A DNA stretch of 64,000 nucleotides, taken from the IMG/VR virus record IMGVR_UViG_3300037419_001224, one strand, 5' to 3'. Positions 27,203 through 35,073 of the stretch are shown here, one piece after another (position 1 is the first letter of the stretch; every line of letters begins with the position of its first letter). Source of the DNA: a virus. A program made the translations under genes and the position numbers. The notes below the pieces were generated by a model. It saw only the letters and a list, made by a program, of their open reading frames with translations, did not search any database and had not been told where the DNA came from.

Positions 27203-29563
27203 CTATTCCTTGGCGGGTTGCTGTTGGCTCATCTGCTGCTCATGCAGCCTGCTTTTCTCGGTCTCCAGCGCGCTCGCCTGCATCTCGGCAGCGGCGAGCT
27301 GCCGCTTGGTGGTCTCCACCATCGCGGTCTGCGCGAGCTGGGCCTTGGTCTGTTCGAGAGAGATCTTTTGCGAGTTCGCGTATTCGAGGATCGCGAGGTC
27401 GCGCTTCAGGCGCAGCTCTTCCATCTTCATCTGCTGGTTGTCGTGCGCGATCTGCAGTTGCGACTGCGCGAACGCGATCTCGCCCTTCTCCCTGGATTCG
27501 GCGGTGATCATCGACGCCTGGGCGCGGATCTTCGCGACATTCATCGCGGTTTCGGCCTTGACCTCTTCCGGCGACGGCGGCGGCGGCTGGTTCTTCAGCG
27601 CCTCGATCTCGGCATCGGACTTCAGGATCTCGGTCGGGTCGATGTGCTGGACCTTCAGCACTTCCTTCACGTACTTTTCCCAGTTCACCATCGGCGCGAT
27701 CGCCGGGTTGCCGGCAAAGCCGCCGAACTGCAGCAACGCCTGCTGCTGCATGTCGCGCACCAGCAACTCCGAGCTGCCGCGTGCATCGACCTGGAAATCG
27801 CCCTTGATCTCTTCCTTGTCGGAATAGCACATGAAGAAGTCGTAGTAGCGGCGGATATGCGGCCTGGTGATGCAATCGTCGAACTGCTTGACCATGCGCG
27901 ACAGCACGACGTTGGAGCTGTTCATCAGCAGCGTCATGCCGCCGACCGTCTCCGGCGCGGTGCCGCGTTCTCCCTGCGCCAGTTTCGGGACCGCCGATTC
28001 CTCGTCCGCGAACTTCAGCGCGAGCTCGATGATTTCCTCGAACTCCTTGGTGTTGTTCGGAATCTCGAAGATATCGAACGCGGTTCGCACGTCGACCGAG
28101 TCGTCCAGGCAGTTCCAGACCTTGCGCCCGGTGATCTGCCAGTTGCCGTCCGCCGGCTGCACGATCCCCGGCTTGACGATCACGTTCGGGCCGACCGACA
28201 GGCCGGCGTTGTCCATCATCTGCCGCCATGCCGCGTTCAATACCTTTTGCGCGGGCCGGCACAGGAACGGGATGCCGTAGCCCCAGCAACTGTTGTCGGC
28301 GCGCTCCCAGACCATGAAGTCGTACGGCAGGTCGCCGGTCTCCAGCGGGTTGACGAACCCCTTGATCACGGTCTTGTTCACGAACACGATGCAGCCGCTG
28401 ACGACTTCGGTCTCGCCGTCCGGCATGTCGATGCCGCAGGCGCGCAGATCCTCCGGGCGGAACTCGCCCCAGTATTCCCACACCTCGAAGTGCTTTTCTC
28501 CGCCGATATCCGGGTTGTTCTTGCGGTCGCGCTCGTTGGTAACGACTGGTGTCTGCGGGCCGTCTTCCAGGACTTTCTTGATCTGGTCCTTCAGGTAGCC
28601 CTGCTGCTTGGCCAGTTCGCGGATCTGCTTCGCGGTGCAGACCCGGCGCTCGTAGATGCCGGAGCCGTTGTGGACATCCTCGCCGCACGCGGGGTCCGGG
28701 AACACGTTCCACGGGTCGACTCGCTCGGACGCCGGCCTGATTTCGGAGATCAGCTCCAGCACATAGGTGTTTTGCGCGTCCTTCATCGGACGCCAAGCCT
28801 TCGAGATCCGGTTGACGACGATCGGCCCCTTCATGATGCCGGTGCCGATCACCGCGCAGTCATGCAGCATCTGCCGGCCCTGCGCGTTGTAGTCGCACTC
28901 GACCAGCGCGTCATGAATCTCGTCCTGCATTCCCTTCGCACGTTGCGCGGCGATCGCCAGTTGCGAGCTCGCGGTCTGCTGCGGTGGGAGCTGGATCACG
29001 GACTGCTGCGGCATTTGTCCCGGCTGTCCCTGCTGCGGCTGTCCCTGCTGCGGCTGTTGTTGCTGCGGCTGTTGTTGCTGGGACTGCTGCTGCATCACGA
29101 GCTGCGCCTGCTTCTGCGCTTCTTGCAGCGCGGCCTGCGTCAGTTTCGGGTTCGGCGTCGGTTTCAGACCCCAGCAGATATCGTCGACCGGGAACAGCAT
29201 GTTCGCCAGGCGCGCTTCCGCCGCGTTGGTTTTCGGGCGCGTGATATTGACGAACACGGTCGACCGCTGGACCTTGGTGTCGGTGGTCTTGATCGGATAT
29301 CCGGCTTCCGCCGCGTCCATCATGGTCGCGTTCTGCTTGTTCGCAGCGTCGCGGCTCATGTACTGGTCGATATCCTCCATCCAGCGCTTTTCGACGCCGG
29401 ACGCAGCCCGAGCCTGAACCCATCTGTCGCGTCGTGCAGCGAGCTGCGCGCCGAGCTGGTCCAGGTGCTCCTTGGCGATTTGCCGCATCTCGGCCTGCAC
29501 CATCGGATCGACTGCCATCGGTTCGCCAGCACTGATCACGCTTGCTTGTTCGTATGCGCTCAT
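27203..29563 (-). CDS. Portal protein
   Basis: About 786 aa, lying next downstream of terL. Gln-rich insert. Start taken as MSAYEQ at 29563. The upstream ATG at 29599 would lie inside the terminator hairpin. Confidence 0.7.
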   Translation of the reverse strand: MSAYEQASVISAGEPMAVDPMVQAEMRQIAKEHLDQLGAQLAARRDRWVQARAASGVEKRWMEDIDQYMSRDAANKQNATMMDAAEAGYPIKTTDTKVQRSTVFVNITRPKTNAAEARLANMLFPVDDICWGLKPTPNPKLTQAALQEAQKQAQLVMQQQSQQQQPQQQQPQQGQPQQGQPGQMPQQSVIQLPPQQTASSQLAIAAQRAKGMQDEIHDALVECDYNAQGRQMLHDCAVIGTGIMKGPIVVNRISKAWRPMKDAQNTYVLELISEIRPASERVDPWNVFPDPACGEDVHNGSGIYERRVCTAKQIRELAKQQGYLKDQIKKVLEDGPQTPVVTNERDRKNNPDIGGEKHFEVWEYWGEFRPEDLRACGIDMPDGETEVVSGCIVFVNKTVIKGFVNPLETGDLPYDFMVWERADNSCWGYGIPFLCRPAQKVLNAAWRQMMDNAGLSVGPNVIVKPGIVQPADGNWQITGRKVWNCLDDSVDVRTAFDIFEIPNNTKEFEEIIELALKFADEESAVPKLAQGERGTAPETVGGMTLLMNSSNVVLSRMVKQFDDCITRPHIRRYYDFFMCYSDKEEIKGDFQVDARGSSELLVRDMQQQALLQFGGFAGNPAIAPMVNWEKYVKEVLKVQHIDPTEILKSDAEIEALKNQPPPPSPEEVKAETAMNVAKIRAQASMITAESREKGEIAFAQSQLQIAHDNQQMKMEELRLKRDLAILEYANSQKISLEQTKAQLAQTAMVETTKRQLAAAEMQASALETEKSRLHEQQMSQQQPAKE

Positions 29564-29570
29564 AGGCCAG

Positions 29571-29596
29571 AAAAAGAAAAACCCGCACGAGGCGGG
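29571..29596 (-). terminator. Intrinsic terminator directly after the tRNA-like gene
   Basis: Minus strand reads CCCGC-CTCGT-GCGGG followed by TTTTTCTTTTT. Confidence 0.55.
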
Positions 29597-29624
29597 CAAA
29601 GGTGTGGTGACACCCGGTAGACAG

Positions 29625-29690
29625 TGGTGGCGGCAGGACTCGAACCTGCGACCTCTCCTTGCGGATGCTCTGCCGCTGGGCTACGCCACC
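29625..29690 (-). ncRNA. tRNA-like RNA gene with truncated anticodon arm (about 65 nt)
   Basis: GGTGGCG-TA-GCCC-AGCGGCA-GAGC-A-TCC-GCAA-GGA-GAGGTC-GCAGG-TTCGAGT-CCTGC-CGCCACC-A. Perfect 7-bp acceptor stem, D arm and T arm. The anticodon arm is replaced by a 3-bp stem with a GCAA tetraloop. Confidence 0.6.
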
Positions 29691-29693
29691 AGA

Positions 29694-31142
29694 TCAATAG
29701 CCGGCTTCCGCATCCAAGACGCCGATCACGACGCCGGCCTGCTGGAACCGGAAATGTTCCATGTTCACTCTCGCGTACCGCTTGGCCATCAGCGCATAGC
29801 GGGTCGCGGACATCAGGTCATCGTCTTCCTTGACGAGTTTTCCATCCTTGCGGTGGTAGATCCGGTATTCCTCGAACCAGTCGTTCAGGTGCCGGAACAC
29901 CTTGAACCGGCCCGTCTGCATGCGGTCGAGCATTTCCATGATCCCGGCCTCGACCGAATTGCTGCCGTCCGGCCAGGTGACCTTCTCGCCCATCATGTTG
30001 ATGCCGGCGTCCTTGTACAGCTTCGACAGCCGTTCGCCGGACCCCTTGTCGTGCTGCATGCCGTCGTGCGGCCACGCGACCGGAATCCAGTTCCCCTTGC
30101 CGCGCATCATCGCCGCATGGACCGCCGGAGTCTGTTCCTTTTCCCGGTAGCAGTCGTACACGTACATCGTGTCGGTGTCCGGGTCGAACGCCGCCCAGAC
30201 CGCCGCGAACGCGTGGTTGTAGCCAAAGTCGACCGCCGCCACCCTCGGCCAGTGGGCCGGGATCTTGAACGGCTCGACCATGATCCGGTCTTCCACGACC
30301 GGGAACACCGCGCCGGAACCAAGCAGCGGGATACCGAGCAGACGCGCCTTTCTCTCGTGGTCCTTGTACCGGGCCGCGATCTGCGCACGCTCTTCCGCCG
30401 TGTAGTGCAGCGCGTCGTCGATCGTCATCTGCACGTAGGTCGTGCCTAGCGGCTTCTCTTGCAGGAACCGCTTGACGACCTTCGACATCCCGAGCAACGG
30501 GGTAAACGTCAGGAACACGAACCCTTTCGTCGCATTGGTCCGGGTCAGCCCTTCCATGTAGATATCTTCAGGCGGCTCCTCGTCGAACCACACGAACTCC
30601 AGGGTTTCGCCCTGCCAGCGCTCACGTCCCTGGTCGTAGGTCTTCAGCGTGATCCGCGACAATCCTCCGGTGGCGTATCGCACCGAGATCGATTCGACCG
30701 CATCGGGAACCCCGTGCGCGGCCCGCTTGATCTCGACGATCGACTCTTTCGGGATCATCCCGGTGCCCCACTCGCCGGGTTTCCCTAGCAGCAGCCGCTG
30801 CACCGTGTCGCGGGTTCCCTGCGACGTCTCGGACGCAGCCCATGCAGTCACGGGCGCGGAGAATTTCCTGCCAGGCCACCAGTCCGGGTACTTGCCGGTC
30901 AGGTGCATCGCGGTCTCGGCGGACGCAGCCAAGGTCTTGCCGAGCTGGTTGCCCGCCATCAGCAGGACTTCCGAGATCCCAGGCCGAGCCGAGCACGCGT
31001 GAAAATCCTTTTGCTTCGGGTACGGCGCGTAATGGGCGAGCTGGTTTTCCTTGAGTTGCCGTTCTTTCGCTTCGAGCAACTCCAATAGCTGCCGCTTCTC
31101 GTCCATTGACATGGTCGAGAGGTCGATCTTGGATAAGTCCAT
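29694..31142 (-). CDS. terL: Terminase large subunit
   Basis: 482 aa with ATPase region (LMAGNQLGKT) and C-terminal nuclease region. Adjacent to the portal. Confidence 0.8.
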   Translation of the reverse strand: MDLSKIDLSTMSMDEKRQLLELLEAKERQLKENQLAHYAPYPKQKDFHACSARPGISEVLLMAGNQLGKTLAASAETAMHLTGKYPDWWPGRKFSAPVTAWAASETSQGTRDTVQRLLLGKPGEWGTGMIPKESIVEIKRAAHGVPDAVESISVRYATGGLSRITLKTYDQGRERWQGETLEFVWFDEEPPEDIYMEGLTRTNATKGFVFLTFTPLLGMSKVVKRFLQEKPLGTTYVQMTIDDALHYTAEERAQIAARYKDHERKARLLGIPLLGSGAVFPVVEDRIMVEPFKIPAHWPRVAAVDFGYNHAFAAVWAAFDPDTDTMYVYDCYREKEQTPAVHAAMMRGKGNWIPVAWPHDGMQHDKGSGERLSKLYKDAGINMMGEKVTWPDGSNSVEAGIMEMLDRMQTGRFKVFRHLNDWFEEYRIYHRKDGKLVKEDDDLMSATRYALMAKRYARVNMEHFRFQQAGVVIGVLDAEAGY

Positions 31143-31280
31143 GGGGGAAGAATTAGGTGAGGCCCGTTACGTGGGCCAGGCGGCGCAAGTCACTCAGGGA
31201 GAAAGCGAGGAAAGACCTGAGCCCTGGCTGCCGGTGTTTTAAAGCCACCTCCGGCTGGGCAGCGCCATTGCGGCGCGAAG

Positions 31281-31613
31281 TCATTTGCAATGGCAACCGG
31301 CGGGATCGGCCCAGTCCAGCAAGACCCGACAGACGTGTCCGGCAATCCTGCCGCGCCATCCGCCCGTCCCCTGGTACCGCTCCAGCCGCTCGGTGAACGT
31401 CCATTCCCTCGGCACGTCCAGGAACACGATCGTCCCGTACAGCACCGTGTAAACCGCATCCACCGCCAGCGTCAGATACACGACCAGCAGCGCCACCCAC
31501 TGCGCATCAGGATTCACCCCTCCGCGCTTCAAGGTCATCGACGCCAGGAACAGCACCCACAGCACGAAGCTGCACGGCACAAAGCCCGCAATCAACAGCA
31601 GCACGTACCACAT
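31281..31613 (-). CDS. Membrane protein
   Basis: 110 aa with two or three TM segments (MWYVLLLIAGFVPCSFVLWVLFLA...). Confidence 0.5.
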   Translation of the reverse strand: MWYVLLLIAGFVPCSFVLWVLFLASMTLKRGGVNPDAQWVALLVVYLTLAVDAVYTVLYGTIVFLDVPREWTFTERLERYQGTGGWRGRIAGHVCRVLLDWADPAGCHCK

Positions 31614-32006
31614 TCAAGTCACCGTTCCAGACATCGACATCGTTGCATCCGCCATGGTCGGACCCATCGTCCCTTCCACCAGGCTGTTGTTCATTCCACT
31701 CACCGACATCACCAAATCAGGTGCCGACGCGATGATCACGCCAGCCGGTGGCGGCTGCTGCGGCACATAGAAATTCGCATCCGGCACGAAGTGGTAAATC
31801 CCCACCAGCCCGATCTCCGCATCGTCCAGCGCCACTTCCGTCACGTACGCGTCCCGAGCAATCAACCCTTCCAGCGCCAATACCCTCGGGATCTCGTGCA
31901 GCGGGAACTTCACGATCAACTGGTCCGCATCCACGAACCGTTCCTTCAGACTCTCCAGCAGCACCAGCCGTACCCTGTTCAGTCTGACTGTTGCTGTTGT
32001 CGTCAT
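31614..32006 (-). CDS. Hypothetical protein ending in a GATMSMSG-type repeat
   Basis: 130 aa. The C-terminus (...TMGPTMADATMSMSGTVT) shares the repeat motif of genes 20427..21194 and 22677..23813. Confidence 0.55.
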   Translation of the reverse strand: MTTTATVRLNRVRLVLLESLKERFVDADQLIVKFPLHEIPRVLALEGLIARDAYVTEVALDDAEIGLVGIYHFVPDANFYVPQQPPPAGVIIASAPDLVMSVSGMNNSLVEGTMGPTMADATMSMSGTVT

Positions 32007-32417
32007 CGCTATACCGTTGTTGATTTGCTATTGGGCTCGTGTGCGGGAAAATTTTTTATTTTTTGGGAGAGGAATCTGAAAGTGGTACCTACTGGGCCAC
32101 TTTGTGGGAGCGCGAAACGCAAAGCGGGGTGGGTGGGGGTCCAGAATAAAAAGGTACCCCCCTCCCCCCCTTCATTAATCCTGCTCCAACACAACGCCGC
32201 CGGCCTGGCGCGCAGCCAGCTCAAGCCACCATGCCCAGGCACATGGCCTGTCACTTGGGCTCAATGAGTTGATATAACAATGTGTAAAACAATATGCATG
32301 TCGACCCGCACATGACGCAGATCCGGGGCGGATTGCGTGGTGCGCTTGGGTAGACTTGATGTGACGCGCAAGGTCAGGCGGATTCGTGCCAGGCTGGCAA
32401 TGAACTCGCTAAGAATG

Positions 32418-32675
32418 TCAGATCAGTATCACTGCGACCAGCAACAGGAGATCAAGCAAGATTACATACACGCGTGTGCGCGATACCCGTTGGCACAGTT
32501 GCAACCGTGTTCTCTCCCCTTCCCTCTCCCCTTGCTGCGTGGCTGCCCTTAACTCTGGCTGCGGATTGCCTGCCTCTCCTGAGTGAGCGCTCTGTTTGGC
32601 TATCCGTCTTTCCTCGCACCCCTTCAGGATGAACTCCATGCACTCTGCACATGTATTGGCGTTGTGGAACGACAT
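32418..32675 (-). CDS. Possible tail-anchored small Cys-rich protein
   Basis: 85-aa ORF from an internal ATG (MSFHNANTCAEC...). C-terminal hydrophobic tail VYVILLDLLLLVAVILI. No clear SD. Confidence 0.3.
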   Translation of the reverse strand: MSFHNANTCAECMEFILKGCEERRIAKQSAHSGEAGNPQPELRAATQQGEREGERTRLQLCQRVSRTRVYVILLDLLLLVAVILI

Positions 32676-32698
32676 CCGATAGTGCGGGCACTTGCACT

Positions 32699-33043
32699 TC
32701 ACTCGACCGTCTCCCCTTGCGCTCTCATCTTCTTCTTCACTTGCTCGCGCATCCACTCTACTGCTTCTTCTGACTTGCCCAGCTCTCCGGTAAGCAAGCG
32801 TCGATAGACCATTGCGCCTGTCTGACGCCATGTGATCTCTACTGCCCCGTGACTAATGGCCAGCTCTCTCTTGCTCAGGCAGATGTCGTAATGACTATAC
32901 GGTGTCTTGGGGCGCTGATGCCATTTGCGCGCTACGCCGATCCTGGCTGCCATCGCATGCAGCTCTTCATCCGTGTCGGCGATCATGTGGCACATCACCA
33001 TCCTGCCGAACTGGGCTCGCATGTCATCAACGTAGACAGTCAT
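32699..33043 (-). CDS. DUF4031 family protein
   Basis: MTVYVDD...GRMVMCHMIADT.EEL..MA..IG...HYD pattern typical of DUF4031. Confidence 0.65.
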   Translation of the reverse strand: MTVYVDDMRAQFGRMVMCHMIADTDEELHAMAARIGVARKWHQRPKTPYSHYDICLSKRELAISHGAVEITWRQTGAMVYRRLLTGELGKSEEAVEWMREQVKKKMRAQGETVE

Positions 33044-33047
33044 TGCG

Positions 33048-33272
33048 TTACTTCCTGCGCCTTGTGCTCTCTACAGCGTCTCTCAGCCTGGCTCTGGCCT
33101 CATGCAGGCGCAGTGCTGCGATATCCCGGTGCAGTATCAGCTCCCTGGTCGGGATCGCCGTGCATATGCCGAGCGTCTGACCTTGCACGCGGCGCTTCAT
33201 CGTGTAGATCGTCACGCCGTGCCTTGTGCGCTCCTTGCTATTGCTGACGGCTTTAGGCATCGCTCTTCTCAC
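33048..33272 (-). CDS. Small basic hypothetical protein
   Basis: 74-aa ORF (alternative start MPKAV at 33260), tightly packed. Confidence 0.4.
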   Translation of the reverse strand: MRRAMPKAVSNSKERTRHGVTIYTMKRRVQGQTLGICTAIPTRELILHRDIAALRLHEARARLRDAVESTRRRK

Positions 33273-33664
33273 TCGCCGTACACAGGGAACATGACCAGAT
33301 CACAGAACTCCAGCCAGTCCTTCATCTGATCCTGCCACTGACCATGGCACAGATCCGCTGTGTACTTGTCAGGGAAAAACCGGTGTCGCCACATATTGCC
33401 AATGCTCTTGCCCTTCAGCGCCACCACGTACCCGATCACTCTCCGCTGCCGCTTATTCCACCTTGCTATCGCCTCTGCCCTGGTGTCATGACAACATGAG
33501 CACGGGAATACAGCAAAGGTGCCAGTGTCGATCTCTATCTGGGCCTTGCATGACTTGCAACGGATTGTGTAGTCCTGATGATCGTGGCCGTAATACTCCG
33601 CACAAGCAGTGGCGTCCTCTTCTGCCTCACCACCACAAAATGGACAAGGTTTGAGCTCAGGCAT
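33269..33664 (-). CDS. Lar-family restriction-alleviation-like protein
   Basis: N-terminal LKPCPFCGGEAE zinc-ribbon signature of the Lar_restr_allev family, plus ARWNKR. Confidence 0.6.
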   Translation of the reverse strand: MPELKPCPFCGGEAEEDATACAEYYGHDHQDYTIRCKSCKAQIEIDTGTFAVFPCSCCHDTRAEAIARWNKRQRRVIGYVVALKGKSIGNMWRHRFFPDKYTADLCHGQWQDQMKDWLEFCDLVMFPVYGE

Positions 33665-33667
33665 CGC

Positions 33668-33787
33668 TCAGCTCTCGTCTCTATCGAAGACGCCCCACAT
33701 CGCCAGAACAAACAGCAGCCCAATGATGAACAGGAAGCCGTAGCCAAAGAAAGCCGCAATCACGGAAATAATGTCCTCTGCGCTCAT
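33668..33787 (-). CDS. 39-aa single-TM peptide
   Basis: MSAEDIISVIAAFFGYGFLFIIGLLFVLAMWGVFDRDES. ATGA overlap with the upstream small ORF. GAGGG about 10 nt upstream. Confidence 0.4.
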   Translation of the reverse strand: MSAEDIISVIAAFFGYGFLFIIGLLFVLAMWGVFDRDES

Positions 33788-33900
33788 CAGAAAAATGCCC
33801 TCGCTATCAGTCTCAGCAACTCGATCACGCCCCAGCCAATGATGCCTATCAGCACCATGTAGATGGCGCACATCAGCTTGAACAATTCGTTGTCAAACAT
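33787..33900 (-). CDS. 37-aa single-TM peptide
   Basis: MFDNELFKLMCAIYMVLIGIIGWGVIELLRLIARAFF. Weak SD. Confidence 0.35.
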   Translation of the reverse strand: MFDNELFKLMCAIYMVLIGIIGWGVIELLRLIARAFF

Positions 33901-33905
33901 ATACT
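33878..33905 (+). promoter_or_regulatory. Sigma70-like promoter for the Rap1a/Tai4-like moron
   Basis: TTGAAC, 16-nt spacer, TATACT. Followed by AGGAGA and the ATG at 33936. Confidence 0.45.
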
Positions 33906-33935
33906 GTCCGTAACAACAACCAACCAGGAGACGCC

Positions 33936-34322
33936 ATGAAACGCGTTGTTGCCTTGCTGCTATGCGCAGCACCAATGCTCTGTTCCGCACAGTCAGACTG
34001 GACTGGCGCTAAGCTCCTCGAAGCCTGCAACGCGACCATCCGCTCTATCGACCAACATCGCCCAGGCAACCCCGTGGAGGATCTGCGCGACGGCATCTGT
34101 ATCGGCTACTTCCACGGGTTCATGGATGGGCAGAGCGCTGCAGTCTCCGGCTTGGTCCCTAGCAAGTCATACTGCCCACCAGCCTCATTGACTGTCGAAC
34201 AATCGATGCGGATCACGCTCAAATTCATTAACGATCACCCTGAGCACCTCCACAGGTACGGAGGCGACATTGCCGCCGTTGCGCTACTCAAAGCTTTCCC
34301 GTGCCAACGCGGCCAGCAGTGA
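33936..34322 (+). CDS. Rap1a/Tai4-like periplasmic T6SS amidase-effector immunity protein (moron)
   Basis: 128 aa. Signal peptide MKRVVALLLCAAPMLCSAQS. Pattern C...C.GY..G..DG...C.P...T..Q....L.F...HPE..H.....A..ALL.AFPC matches the Rap1a/Tai4 family as I remember it. Opposite strand to all neighbours. Confidence 0.6.
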   Translation: MKRVVALLLCAAPMLCSAQSDWTGAKLLEACNATIRSIDQHRPGNPVEDLRDGICIGYFHGFMDGQSAAVSGLVPSKSYCPPASLTVEQSMRITLKFINDHPEHLHRYGGDIAAVALLKAFPCQRGQQ

Positions 34323-35072
34323 CTATCGCACCAGATGCGGCTGATACACGCTCCTTGGAGTGGCCGGCATCAGCGACTTCCATGCGACCTCTTTCAGACA
34401 TACGCCCAGTGACGCACAGTCAACCGCGACAAAGGTCGGGTCGCTCGTGTCACTGGTCGCCGTCACAATTCTGAGCTCCCAGCGGATCGCAATGTTCGAT
34501 GTCGCCACGCCGCCGGCTGTCGTCTGCGCGCCTACGTTCGTCCAGTTCGTGGTCGGGGTCAACGCCGTGGCGCTGTCCGTCTCGCCACCAATCACGCGCA
34601 TGAACAGGTATTCCTGGCTTGTGCCGCCAGTCAGCGTCATCGATCCAGGGTCAGCCGCCGTCGTGGCTTCGACCTGCTTGTCCATGATCTGCCATGCATT
34701 ACCAGCGCCAACCGTGAGGAACGTGTTCAGGTACGCCTTGGCCGTGACTGCGCCGGCAAACGTCATCGTCCAGGTATCGCCCGTGACGAGCTGCACAGTC
34801 AGCTTCGATGCCCATAACGCGACAGTGACGCCTGCGTTCGCCGCACCTCTGCTGTTCGTGAATTCGCCTACCTTGTGCCAGTAATTGCCCTTGCTGTCAG
34901 TGACACTGATCGTTTCACTATTGTCACCATCCGTGGCGCTCAGGTTATCGAACGCCACCGCATAGAACACGATGCGGCCAACCGCCAGCGTGCCGCTGAT
35001 CGTATCCGTCAATGTCGAGCTGCTGGTCTTGTTGTTCCCCGCAGTGAAACCGCCATTGTTGGTCCATGCCAT
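34323..35072 (-). CDS. Stand-alone paralogue of the tailspike N-terminal domain
   Basis: 249 aa. Loose by-eye similarity to residues 1-220 of the 854-aa tailspike (blocks RIVFYAVAF/LQLLAVEI, SKGNYWHKVGEF/GNGLTWVEVAKV, VTVALWASK/AQLSLYRAM). Confidence 0.5.
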   Translation of the reverse strand: MAWTNNGGFTAGNNKTSSSTLTDTISGTLAVGRIVFYAVAFDNLSATDGDNSETISVTDSKGNYWHKVGEFTNSRGAANAGVTVALWASKLTVQLVTGDTWTMTFAGAVTAKAYLNTFLTVGAGNAWQIMDKQVEATTAADPGSMTLTGGTSQEYLFMRVIGGETDSATALTPTTNWTNVGAQTTAGGVATSNIAIRWELRIVTATSDTSDPTFVAVDCASLGVCLKEVAWKSLMPATPRSVYQPHLVR

Positions 35073-35073
35073 G

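Noticed and set aside
24260-29620. Plus-strand ORFs 24260..26743 (827 aa) and 27182..29620 (812 aa)
   Set aside because: They are antisense shadows of the tailspike and portal genes, with the same composition argument.
32009-32254. 81-aa minus-strand ORF in the 32.0-32.4 kb spacer
   Set aside because: It runs through homopolymeric G/C tracts and an AT-rich patch. It has no SD and poor codon bias. I treated the region as non-coding.
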